Both the position numbers and the translations under genes were made by a program. The notes beneath the pieces are model-generated. The model saw only the letters and a program-made list of their open reading frames with translations. It was not told the DNA's origin and made no database searches. From sequence record DRR723986_623: a stretch of DNA of 64,000 nucleotides. One strand, given 5' to 3'. Of this stretch, positions 17,225 through 25,606 are shown piece by piece (the first letter of the stretch is position 1; the number at the start of each line of letters is the position of its first letter).

Positions 17225-20200
17225 GCTGGAGGCTGACCGAATTGCAGTAGGTGCTTAAGATCAAATTGCTGAGCCGTCACCCCAAAAGCCGGTTCGACGT
17301 CAAATGGCTGGCGGATATAGATGGGCGCTTGAGCAAAGCCTTTAGAAACGTGCACGATAGCCAGGATGAAATCGTCGGGCTTGTTCAAGCTGGTAATGAT
17401 CTCATTGCGCGTGACCATTATTGACGTCGCGCCTTCGACCCTACCTTTCACTTCAATAAAACGAATATGATCGGTTGCTGGATCGTATGAAGCAATGTCA
17501 TAGCCGACTTTTTGCGCCGAAACGTCATCTGGCCGATTGCCCAGTTCGCGTTCGGCTGCCATGACCGCTTCCATTGCTTTCAGCTCGATTTCACGACGCG
17601 CAGCCGGGTCCTCGCTGAAGCCAGTACCGGTATTCTTGGTGTCGGTTGGCATGTTTTCGCGCAACAGTCCGCTAGGAACTACAATCATTCCACCTCGCAC
17701 GCGTGGCGGCTGTCCTGAAATAAACCTCTCTTGTTCTATCAGCTGACAGCGTCGCTTCAGTCTTTCCGCCAAGTCCTCTGCCCGGCGCTGGGCGTTTTGC
17801 CAATTGAGCCGGGTCTTCTTGCCAGCTCGTTCTTCTTCCCTCAATTCGTTGGCACGACTGTCCCAGTGATTAATTTCCTTATTGAGACGTGTCTTTACCT
17901 CGCGTTCCACCTTTTCGATCTCAGGCAGACGTCGCTTGCGCACCTCTGCTACATGAGACTGAGCCAGTTCGACAGTCGCAAACTGAACGACCTTTTTTTC
18001 AAGGTCGGCACGAAGCCATTCCTCATTCAAATTGGTTTCAACGCTCTCCTTTTCTTCGACAGACGCCGGGCGAAGGTTCAGGTGTGGAGCGATACCAGCG
18101 TTTGTAATGTTGCCGTCTTTGTCGACGGCCGCGAACTGAAGCTTTTGAGAGACGATATTGGTATTACCGGTCGTGGTCGGGCGGCCGTCCTGTACGCTAT
18201 GTTCCAAAAGAAAGAGGGCTGAAAGGTCCTGGCCGTCATCAGTGTCATCAACCAGGACAGCGCCCTGCTTCATCAGATGGTCGTTCTGTTCGCGGATCAG
18301 ACTGATTACTGCGTCAAGAAGCGGATGCCCTGGGTAAACGAACGAAGCAACAGGCTGCTGATTGATCTTGCTTTTTTCGAAACAGATCCGTTCGTATTTC
18401 TTTTGCAAGGGTGCGCCTGACCCAACCTGCCGATCTCTCTCGCGCACAGTTAAGGGGACATGAGAAATTTCCCAGCGCCCTTCTTCCCGGGGCTTAATCT
18501 TACCGCCCAGATGCTGGAAGGCCTCTACAAAAAAGCTTTGAATATGGTGGGGTTGCAGGCGCTGGGCATCGGCTCGTTCCATTTCAAGACGGAGCTCGTG
18601 AACACGCGCTTCAGGCATGGTGTCGTTGGTAAGTTGCCGCTTGCGCAAGAGCTGTAGCAAATGACTCTGGTCGACTGCGCCATCCACTGCTTGGAAAAGA
18701 CGAGCCTTTACGTCCTCCTGCTCGCCATACTGGATCGCATCAAACAACAGGTCCTTGAGAGCGCGCTCTTCGAAGAGTTCGCCAAGAACATCATATACTC
18801 GGCCCCCGAGCGCTTCTCTTGCTGCTTCCAGCTTCTCAAGCAGGCGAGCGTATACCTCGCCCTCTCGTGAGTCTTTGGCGACCAGGTTCCAGAGATGGCA
18901 CACTTCTGTCTGGCCAATACGATGAATACGTCCAAAGCGCTGTTCGATCTTGTTTGGATTCCACGGCAGATCGTAGTTCACCATCAAGTGCCCGCGTTGA
19001 AGGTTGACACCTTCGCCGGCCGCGTCGTTGGCGATCAGAACGAGGAGATCGCGATCCTGCATAAAGCGCTCGACCACTTTCCGGCGGTCCTCACGCGACA
19101 CGCCACCGTGGATCACATCGACGGCTTCGGGTTTCCCGATACGTGCAATGACTTTCTGCCTGAGATATTCGAGAGTGTCCTTGGGCTCTGTGAAGATAAT
19201 CAGCTTACGACGGTAACCTTCAGAGTCGAGCATGAGGTCATCATCAAGGATTTTGTCCAGCTGCTGCCATTTGGTATCATTGCCTGACCGCAAGACACCG
19301 AGGGCCTTATCTTCAAGGCTCTTTAGCGTCTCGATTTCCAGTTCCAGCTGCTCAACCGTTTCTGCACTGGTTGCACCCGTAGAAATCAGCTCCTCCAAAT
19401 CGTCCACTTCGTCCTGGCCATATTCATCCAGATTCCGCAGCATTTCTTCATTCAAAGAAGTGTCCGACAAGGAGGGGGAAATTCCCCGAGCAGCAAGGCG
19501 GGCTTCTGCGAGCTCGTTCTCGAGGCGCTCGCGACGGCGCTTGAGTGACTGGTAGATTGCGGCAGGACTTGATGCGAGACGGCGCTGAAGAATCTGAAGT
19601 GCGAAGCCAACATTGTTTCGCTTTTTACCGTCCTGTTCAGCGAAGCGTTGTACGCGGTTCATTTCATTCCGGACATAATCAGTGACCGCGGTATATAACG
19701 CAGCTTCTTCGGTCGAGAGCTCGTATTTCACAGTGTAGGCACGACGTTCGGGAAAGAGTGGCCGCCCGTCGAAGCGTAGCAATTCTTCCTTTGTGAGGCG
19801 GCGCATCATGTCTTCCACGTCAGCGACGTGAACACCATCGCGAAAGCGGCCTTCAAAACGGTCGCCATCCAACAACGCCATAAAGAGTTGGAAGTCTCTT
19901 TCGTGCCCATTGTGTGGGGTTGCCGACATAAGCAGGAAATGACGGCAAACGCGGCTCAGCTGCTGACCGAGTTGATAGCGCTTTGTGTATTTGACTTCAT
20001 TTCCAAAATACGTTGCAGACATTCTGTGGGCTTCGTCTGCAATAATCAGATCCCACTCCGTCGATGAATTTAGCTTGTCCTGAAGATCCTCATTGCGTGA
20101 CAGCACATCGAGGCGTGCTATCAAGCGGTTCTTGTCATTGAACGGATTTCCGGATCGTGAGCTCTCGATCATATCTTTGGTGAGAATGTCGAATTCGAGG

Positions 20201-20727
20201 TCGAACTTCTCGCCGAGTTCATCTTGCCATTGTTCGACGAGGCTACCAGGGGCAACTACCAGGCAACGTTCTAGATCGCTTCTGGCAACGAGTTCTTTGA
20301 TGAAGAGGCCCGCCATGATTGTCTTACCTGCACCCGGATCATCGGCGAGGAGGAAGCGCAATGGCTGACGAGGAAGCATTTCGCCATAAACTGCCGAAAT
20401 TTGGTGCGGGAGCGGATCTACCAGACTTGTGTGGATGGCGAGATAAGGGTCAAAAAAGTGAGCAAGCTTGATCCGGTTTGCTTCCGTCACCAAACGGAGA
20501 AGCCCTCCATCAGCGTCGAAGGACCAATTGCGACCTCGGTTCTCGACCTTCAGCCTGTACTCGTCGTCTCGGTAAAGAGTTGTCTCCGCAGGAGCCCCTG
20601 CAGCGGTGCGATAAACAACATTGATGGCCTGGTCACCAATCCATTCGACGGACAGGACATCTACGGCACTGCCGGGCACGACGCCGGTCAAGGAGCACCC
20701 GGGTTTGATGAGCTCTAACTTGTCCAA
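17221..20727 (-). CDS. SNF2-family helicase with C-terminal DUF3883 (NO VEIN-type) nuclease domain
   Basis: LLADDPGAGKT, DEAH, SATPH, EGVNLQ, QRFGRIHRIGQ; C-terminal GYDI...RFIEVKGR. Confidence 0.93.
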   Translation of the reverse strand: MDKLELIKPGCSLTGVVPGSAVDVLSVEWIGDQAINVVYRTAAGAPAETTLYRDDEYRLKVENRGRNWSFDADGGLLRLVTEANRIKLAHFFDPYLAIHTSLVDPLPHQISAVYGEMLPRQPLRFLLADDPGAGKTIMAGLFIKELVARSDLERCLVVAPGSLVEQWQDELGEKFDLEFDILTKDMIESSRSGNPFNDKNRLIARLDVLSRNEDLQDKLNSSTEWDLIIADEAHRMSATYFGNEVKYTKRYQLGQQLSRVCRHFLLMSATPHNGHERDFQLFMALLDGDRFEGRFRDGVHVADVEDMMRRLTKEELLRFDGRPLFPERRAYTVKYELSTEEAALYTAVTDYVRNEMNRVQRFAEQDGKKRNNVGFALQILQRRLASSPAAIYQSLKRRRERLENELAEARLAARGISPSLSDTSLNEEMLRNLDEYGQDEVDDLEELISTGATSAETVEQLELEIETLKSLEDKALGVLRSGNDTKWQQLDKILDDDLMLDSEGYRRKLIIFTEPKDTLEYLRQKVIARIGKPEAVDVIHGGVSREDRRKVVERFMQDRDLLVLIANDAAGEGVNLQRGHLMVNYDLPWNPNKIEQRFGRIHRIGQTEVCHLWNLVAKDSREGEVYARLLEKLEAAREALGGRVYDVLGELFEERALKDLLFDAIQYGEQEDVKARLFQAVDGAVDQSHLLQLLRKRQLTNDTMPEARVHELRLEMERADAQRLQPHHIQSFFVEAFQHLGGKIKPREEGRWEISHVPLTVRERDRQVGSGAPLQKKYERICFEKSKINQQPVASFVYPGHPLLDAVISLIREQNDHLMKQGAVLVDDTDDGQDLSALFLLEHSVQDGRPTTTGNTNIVSQKLQFAAVDKDGNITNAGIAPHLNLRPASVEEKESVETNLNEEWLRADLEKKVVQFATVELAQSHVAEVRKRRLPEIEKVEREVKTRLNKEINHWDSRANELREEERAGKKTRLNWQNAQRRAEDLAERLKRRCQLIEQERFISGQPPRVRGGMIVVPSGLLRENMPTDTKNTGTGFSEDPAARREIELKAMEAVMAAERELGNRPDDVSAQKVGYDIASYDPATDHIRFIEVKGRVEGATSIMVTRNEIITSLNKPDDFILAIVHVSKGFAQAPIYIRQPFDVEPAFGVTAQQFDLKHLLQFGQPPA

Positions 20728-20750
20728 TTTCCATGCACTCCGATTGATAT

Positions 20751-21116
20751 CTATTTGGGTTCGTAAGCCGGTAGGTGAAGCTTCGTCTTATTGAAACGAA
20801 TGAGCAGTTCTTTGCCTGCAACGGAAAGGCCGAGCTTGTCCGACTGTATTGTTGCTCCGAGTTTCTTCAGTGTTTTGGTGAGTTCAGCCAGCCGCCAGGC
20901 GTCAACCGATATCTCGGTAGCCCAACTCTGCGTGCCTATCACGAGCGTGGACATGACTGGTGTTTGAACAAAAACACCTTCAGGATCAGGTGAAAGAAGC
21001 GTGTCTTTAGGGATATTGCCTCGGACACCTCTCGGGCTCCGTTTCATGGCTGGAAGTCTGCAGACCGCTTCTTGGAAGTCCAAGGCAGAGACTTCGATCT
21101 CTTTCTGGTCATGCAT
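20751..21116 (-). CDS. Hypothetical protein resembling a single sliding-clamp domain
   Basis: First ORF of the minus-strand operon, 23 bp upstream of the helicase; ATG 21116 preferred over TTG 21179. The fold assignment is by eye only. Confidence 0.6.
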   Translation of the reverse strand: MHDQKEIEVSALDFQEAVCRLPAMKRSPRGVRGNIPKDTLLSPDPEGVFVQTPVMSTLVIGTQSWATEISVDAWRLAELTKTLKKLGATIQSDKLGLSVAGKELLIRFNKTKLHLPAYEPK

Positions 21117-21495
21117 TTTGTGCCCCCCCCCCAAGTAGCAGTGCTGAATGTCAGCCCGGCATTTCGCCTCGCGTTTCAACGCAAGGTCGTACTAACCTAG
21201 GTCTATCTTCTCGATAGCTAGTTTTCAACGTGAGATGGGGGATGGCATTGGGACACACTGTGCTAAATTGGACCGGACAGTATGAAGTTCATTGTCAGAA
21301 CGGCATGCTTGCTAACGGCAGAAAATGCTGAGTCATGTCCGCAGAAGGAGAAGCGGGTGTGAAACAACAGTCACGTTGCCTGGTGGCTTTTCAATGAGAT
21401 TGCCAACGGTTCCTCCTTTGCAAAACCGAGTCTATTGCCGTCGCATTGGTCCTTCCAGATCAGCCGGAAATATGCGGCAATAGAGGTCCCGAATA

Positions 21496-22404
21496 ATGAT
21501 TTTTGAAGAAATGTTTCAATACCCACCGGAGCAATACGGATTGCGAGGCGATCCCTACCTGTGGGACGCACTTGGCTGGTACTTAAGTGAACACCATGGC
21601 GACGGTTTTCCGCGTCCGGAAACTGATGTCGAAGGCGTTCTTTGGCGATCACTTTCTGACCTTGTCGGTTGCAATCTAAAAACTCGACGGGAAGATCTTC
21701 AGATCTCTTGGTTGCCGGAGCGTGGTATCTCAGGCGGGTTGGTGTCCCCGGAGGTATGGCAAGCGCGGCTGGTGCCGTTGCTGATCGAACGAGCGTACGC
21801 GATTAGCCATTCAGCGGCGAATGCACCTGACTACCATCCAGCCGAGCACATGTTTCGGCTGGCTGCCTGGGCAGCCTCCACGGCGGCACGCAGCAGCCGA
21901 AAGGTTTGTAGTTTTACCGTCGAATGTGGCGCTGGGCTGTTGCGAGCGACTTCCCTGAAATGGCTTGCTCTTGGGCCGCACTGGCTACCTTGCGCCGACA
22001 GCTTCGACAAGGCGCATCATGCCTGGTGTCGTGAACTACTTACTCATGAAAAGGCCCCAACCGGCATGACCTACGGTGTCGCTGCTAAGCTTCTGAACTG
22101 CTATACGAAAGTTTTGTTTGCATCGATGTCGGGTGGCGGCTGCTTCTTAGCCTGCAAAGATAATAGGACCACTTCTGAAGCGGCTCTGTCTATTAACGCG
22201 CTGCACCCTCCAATTGACAGGGTTCTGTTGGAAACACTTGCGAAGCACGATGTGGGCGGGCTGAGGCGAGATTGGCGCCACCTAAATAATAAGGCATGGT
22301 CGAAATTTGACGAGAACGATTATCGCGAGGCTTTGCGATTGATCCATAAGATCACAAATGGCCGTCCGTGGTCGATCGAAGCCTACTGGCGTGGATTCCG
22401 GTGA
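21496..22404 (+). CDS. Two-domain hypothetical protein; C-terminal HhH/glycosylase-like helical domain
   Basis: N-terminal P.QYGLRGDPYLW domain; C-terminal TYGVAAKLLNCYTK...LHPPIDRVLL...WSKFD motifs; GAGG RBS. Confidence 0.65.
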   Translation: MIFEEMFQYPPEQYGLRGDPYLWDALGWYLSEHHGDGFPRPETDVEGVLWRSLSDLVGCNLKTRREDLQISWLPERGISGGLVSPEVWQARLVPLLIERAYAISHSAANAPDYHPAEHMFRLAAWAASTAARSSRKVCSFTVECGAGLLRATSLKWLALGPHWLPCADSFDKAHHAWCRELLTHEKAPTGMTYGVAAKLLNCYTKVLFASMSGGGCFLACKDNRTTSEAALSINALHPPIDRVLLETLAKHDVGGLRRDWRHLNNKAWSKFDENDYREALRLIHKITNGRPWSIEAYWRGFR

Positions 22405-22557
22405 CAAAAGCTGTGTGCGGGACATCAGATGTGCAAGGATTTGCTTTGGGTGACGACGACGGGCAGGTCAGACTGGAATGAGATTGACCTACAACATTAG
22501 CTATTCAAGGGAGCCCGTCAAAAGGCAAGGCGGTCGCAGACCTGAGTAGCGAGGCGG

Positions 22558-23199
22558 ATGATGAAGCAGCCGGGATCGATGAAGGCACTTGAGGAACTCG
22601 GTAGGGTACGCCTGTCAGAGAACTTCTACATGCGAGATTTCCTCTATTCCGAGATTTCCAATTTCTATGGAATGCCAAATCTCCCGCACCATCCCGATGT
22701 TGCTGTAGAGGCCGGAACACAGCTTTGCGAGCAGCTGCTGGAGCCGCTTCGCTCGGCATTCGGGCATATTGCCATCCGCTCAGCCTACCGTTCGCCTGAA
22801 GTCAACGCCTTCGGCAATGAGAACGGCCATAATTGCGCAAGTAACGAGGCCAACTATGCCGATCACATCTGGGACTATCGCGACGCAGAGGGGCGCTTGG
22901 GGGCAACAGCCTGCGTGGTGGTGCCCTGGTTCTGGGACCGCCATCAGGACAAGGGTGACTGGCAGCGCCTTGCATGGTGGATCCACGATCACCTGCCCTA
23001 TAACACCCTCTGTTTCTTCCCCAGGCTGTGGGCGGTCAACATCAATTGGCGAGAGAACCCGGAGCGCAGGATAGACAGCTACGCCATGCCAAGGGGAGTT
23101 CTCACGAAACCTGGAATGGCCAACCAAGGCGGCAGCCATGGCGAATGGCTGGAGGGGTTGCCACCCGCACCTGTTGCCGGCTCAGGAGGTCTGCTTTGA
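22558..23199 (+). CDS. Peptidase M15-like (Hedgehog/DD-peptidase fold) protein with atypical metal ligands
   Basis: RLSENF...F..S, LLEPLR..FG.I.IRSAYRSPEVN. Confidence 0.65.
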   Translation: MMKQPGSMKALEELGRVRLSENFYMRDFLYSEISNFYGMPNLPHHPDVAVEAGTQLCEQLLEPLRSAFGHIAIRSAYRSPEVNAFGNENGHNCASNEANYADHIWDYRDAEGRLGATACVVVPWFWDRHQDKGDWQRLAWWIHDHLPYNTLCFFPRLWAVNINWRENPERRIDSYAMPRGVLTKPGMANQGGSHGEWLEGLPPAPVAGSGGLL

Positions 23200-23696
23200 A
23201 AACGCCAGACCATTTGACGGACGAGGAGTTGAAGAATCTCATCAGGAATTATCGTCGCCTCAAAAGAACTGACGATACTGCGTATCCGGAGCTATTAGAG
23301 GAGTGGAGCCTCCGGAAAGGCCAGGGCCTCGACTTCGACACGACCATGCGCGCGGTTGCTCGTGCGGCACGGGAAGGTCGCTTCCTGTCCTACAAGCAGC
23401 TCGCTGAGGAAAGCGGCGCCAACTGGTCCAGAGTTCACTATGCAATGAACACCCATCTGGGAGACCTCATTGAATATTCCCATCGACGCGGCTGGCCGCT
23501 GCTAAGCGCGATCGTCGTCAATCAAAGGAATGTCGACACCGGTGACATGGAGCCCCAGACGCTCAAGGGGTTCGTGACTGCTGCCAAGGAGCTTGGCTAC
23601 ACAGTTGCAGATGAGGAAGGCTTTTTGCGCGAGCAGCAGGAGAAGGTTTTCGAATGGGCGAGAAGGCGGGGCGCTTCTGATGATCAATCTCATTGA
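23196..23696 (+). CDS. Hypothetical winged-helix-like protein
   Basis: TTG start overlapping the upstream TGA (TTGA), AGGAGG RBS at 23184-23189; LSYKQLA...LG......GWPLLSAIVV...GF...EQQEKVFEW. Confidence 0.7.
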   Translation: MKTPDHLTDEELKNLIRNYRRLKRTDDTAYPELLEEWSLRKGQGLDFDTTMRAVARAAREGRFLSYKQLAEESGANWSRVHYAMNTHLGDLIEYSHRRGWPLLSAIVVNQRNVDTGDMEPQTLKGFVTAAKELGYTVADEEGFLREQQEKVFEWARRRGASDDQSH

Positions 23697-23777
23697 AGCC
23701 TGCCGGCGTGAATGAGAGCTCGGTGCAACATTTTTCTGATATGTGACTGCGGTTCCTTTTTTCCTCATTTGAAAATT

Positions 23778-23800
23778 TGTTGGTCTTTCTGTTGGTCTTC
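23778..23800. promoter_or_regulatory. Integrase arm-type repeats at attR
   Basis: TGTTGGTCTTT 23778-23788 and TGTTGGTCTTC 23790-23800, same 12-bp period as 149-171; followed by an AT-rich tract. Confidence 0.78.
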
Positions 23801-23858
23801 TGAAAATCAAACTAGCGAATAATTAAATAAAACAATATTTTATTTGTTCAATCACATG

Positions 23859-23953
23859 CCTCTCCTGGCACCAAATTTTGGTTTTGGACACACTACCAAG
23901 GTCCAGAACAATCTAAAAAAGCTCCGGTTTTCCGGAGCTTTTTTCGTTTCTGG
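23859..23953 (+). repeat. attR: displaced tRNA 3' fragment plus terminator
   Basis: CCTCTCCTGG-CACCA...; hairpin A6-GCTCCGG-tttt-CCGGAGC-T6 at 23915-23944. Confidence 0.92.
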
Positions 23954-23973
23954 GGCTGCTACGGCGTTTTGGC

Positions 23974-24321
23974 CTAATGGCCTACCGATTTCGAGAAAAC
24001 ATTGATGATCACCACCCCGCTAAGGATCAGTCCAAGGCCGATCAGGGCCGGCAGGTCGAGTTTCTGGTCGAACACCAGCCAGGCGACCATGGTGATGAGA
24101 ACAATGCCCGCTCCGGACCAGATTGCGTAGACGATTCCCGTCGGCAAAACGCGAATCGGATAGGACAGCAGCCAGAACGAGATCGCATAACCGGCCACGG
24201 TGATGATCGAAGGCAGCAGGCGGGTGAAATTTTCGGTTTTTGCCAGAGCGGAAGTTGCGATCACCTCGGCGACGATGGCCGCGACGAGGAAAAGATAGGT
24301 GGCGGCGAGGCTGTTCGGCAT
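23974..24321 (-). CDS. SMR-family (EmrE/QacE-like) efflux transporter
   Basis: AIVAEVIATSAL, YAIWSGAG, four hydrophobic segments, 115 aa. Confidence 0.92.
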   Translation of the reverse strand: MPNSLAATYLFLVAAIVAEVIATSALAKTENFTRLLPSIITVAGYAISFWLLSYPIRVLPTGIVYAIWSGAGIVLITMVAWLVFDQKLDLPALIGLGLILSGVVIINVFSKSVGH

Positions 24322-24518
24322 CTCTGGCTCTTTAAGGCGGTGAGGGAGCTCCGGATGAAGGTACGCAGGCCTTCCAGGGAGCGAGTGGTTTCCGTTTCGT
24401 CTGTTTATACGAAAAAGGCCCGCGTGCGCGGACCTTTCTGAAGGCTGGGGCTGTATTTGCGGGCAGCTGTCTGGCGCAAATCACGATGCGCGATCCTTCT
24501 GGTTGAACGCGACACGCT

Positions 24519-25334
24519 CTAGAAGGTGTATTTGCTTTCCAGCAGCAGGCCGTAGCGGTGATAGTTCTGGTCGAGAACCACTTTCTCGCCGGTGACGACA
24601 TATCTGCGGTCGAAATTCGAGTGGAGCCACCAGTAGCGGCCGCCGACGCCCAGTTGCCAGTTCTTGGTCAGGTCGACATTCAGCATCGCATCTGCTTCCA
24701 GACCATAGGTCCAGTCGCTTTCCCAGGTTTCTATCTTGTTGTAGCTCCAGGGCACACCTGCGACGTCAACGGACCAGCCGGCGCGTTGGCCGATGTCGCC
24801 TTCAGCAGTCATGCCCAGGCGGATCGCATGCCAGTCGCGGGACTGTTCTACGGTCAGGTTTCCGTATTTCGCCGAAACGTCGTCGGACAGGTACTGGTAG
24901 CCGACGAACCCTTTCAGCCGCACCTGGTTGTTTGCAAATTGCGCAAAGCCCCAGCCGCCGTCGAGAACAACATATCCGAGCGAGGTCTCATCGGTTTCGT
25001 CCATCTCGTAGCCAGAGAAATGCACATCGCCGCCGTCGCTCCTGCCGAGGCCGACATAGCCCCTGAAGAAGGTGTTGGACGTCGTGTCCTCGAGCGTTCC
25101 GACCAGTTCAGCGGTGTGAGAGGTCACATTATCCGTGCTGGAAATGTCGAAGCCACTGTTGTCCAGATCGGAACGCGACTGGCTGTACCAGTATCGCAGA
25201 CCGATGCTGCCGCGCAGCGTCGAAGGCTGATAGAGCTCGCCGGGCCCTGAGTAGACATCCGCGGCGGAGGCAAGGGGCGCCGAAGAAAGCGCAAGGAAGG
25301 CCGCAATCGGAAGGGACTGCAAAAGTCTTTTCAT
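24519..25334 (-). CDS. Outer-membrane beta-barrel protein
   Basis: Signal peptide ending ASA-AD, amphipathic beta-strands (GLRYWYS, GVGGRYWW), terminal Phe (KYTF). Confidence 0.8.
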   Translation of the reverse strand: MKRLLQSLPIAAFLALSSAPLASAADVYSGPGELYQPSTLRGSIGLRYWYSQSRSDLDNSGFDISSTDNVTSHTAELVGTLEDTTSNTFFRGYVGLGRSDGGDVHFSGYEMDETDETSLGYVVLDGGWGFAQFANNQVRLKGFVGYQYLSDDVSAKYGNLTVEQSRDWHAIRLGMTAEGDIGQRAGWSVDVAGVPWSYNKIETWESDWTYGLEADAMLNVDLTKNWQLGVGGRYWWLHSNFDRRYVVTGEKVVLDQNYHRYGLLLESKYTF

Positions 25335-25606
25335 GGCTGAAACACCGCTTGTCTGAATACGCGGGAATGCGCGCTATTGGTGTGTCAGGTATTGCAATTT
25401 ATGGTTAACAGTGCGTGAAAGGCACACCTGATTGAGCCAGGTGACGCAGCGTCCCGCCCGGCGGGCCTTGAAAAGGAAGCAGGCCCCGGCACAGCCCCAG
25501 TGCAGCACCAGCGCAGCCTTGGTGCGGGGCCTCTGGTGAAAAAATGATTTGGCCCACCCGCCTCCCGCACACTTTCGAGGGGAGGCGGCGAGTTACCGGT
25601 GATGGA

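Larger units (their letters stand above)
10..23953. mobile_element. tRNA-integrated genomic island (satellite/IME-like backbone with defence cargo)
   Basis: Integrase next to the tRNA, direct repeats at 10-105 and 23859-23953, arm-type repeats at both ends, alpA/primase/helicase module, and host-like genes resuming right after attR. Confidence 0.93.

Noticed and set aside
5313-20727. Canonical BREX, DISARM or type I/III R-M call
   Set aside because: No recognisable PglZ, BrxL, DUF1998/DrmB, HsdS or Res subunit; the methylase is DUF1156-type.
22558-23199. Functional phage endolysin
   Set aside because: Metal ligands look altered and no holin or spanin is adjacent.
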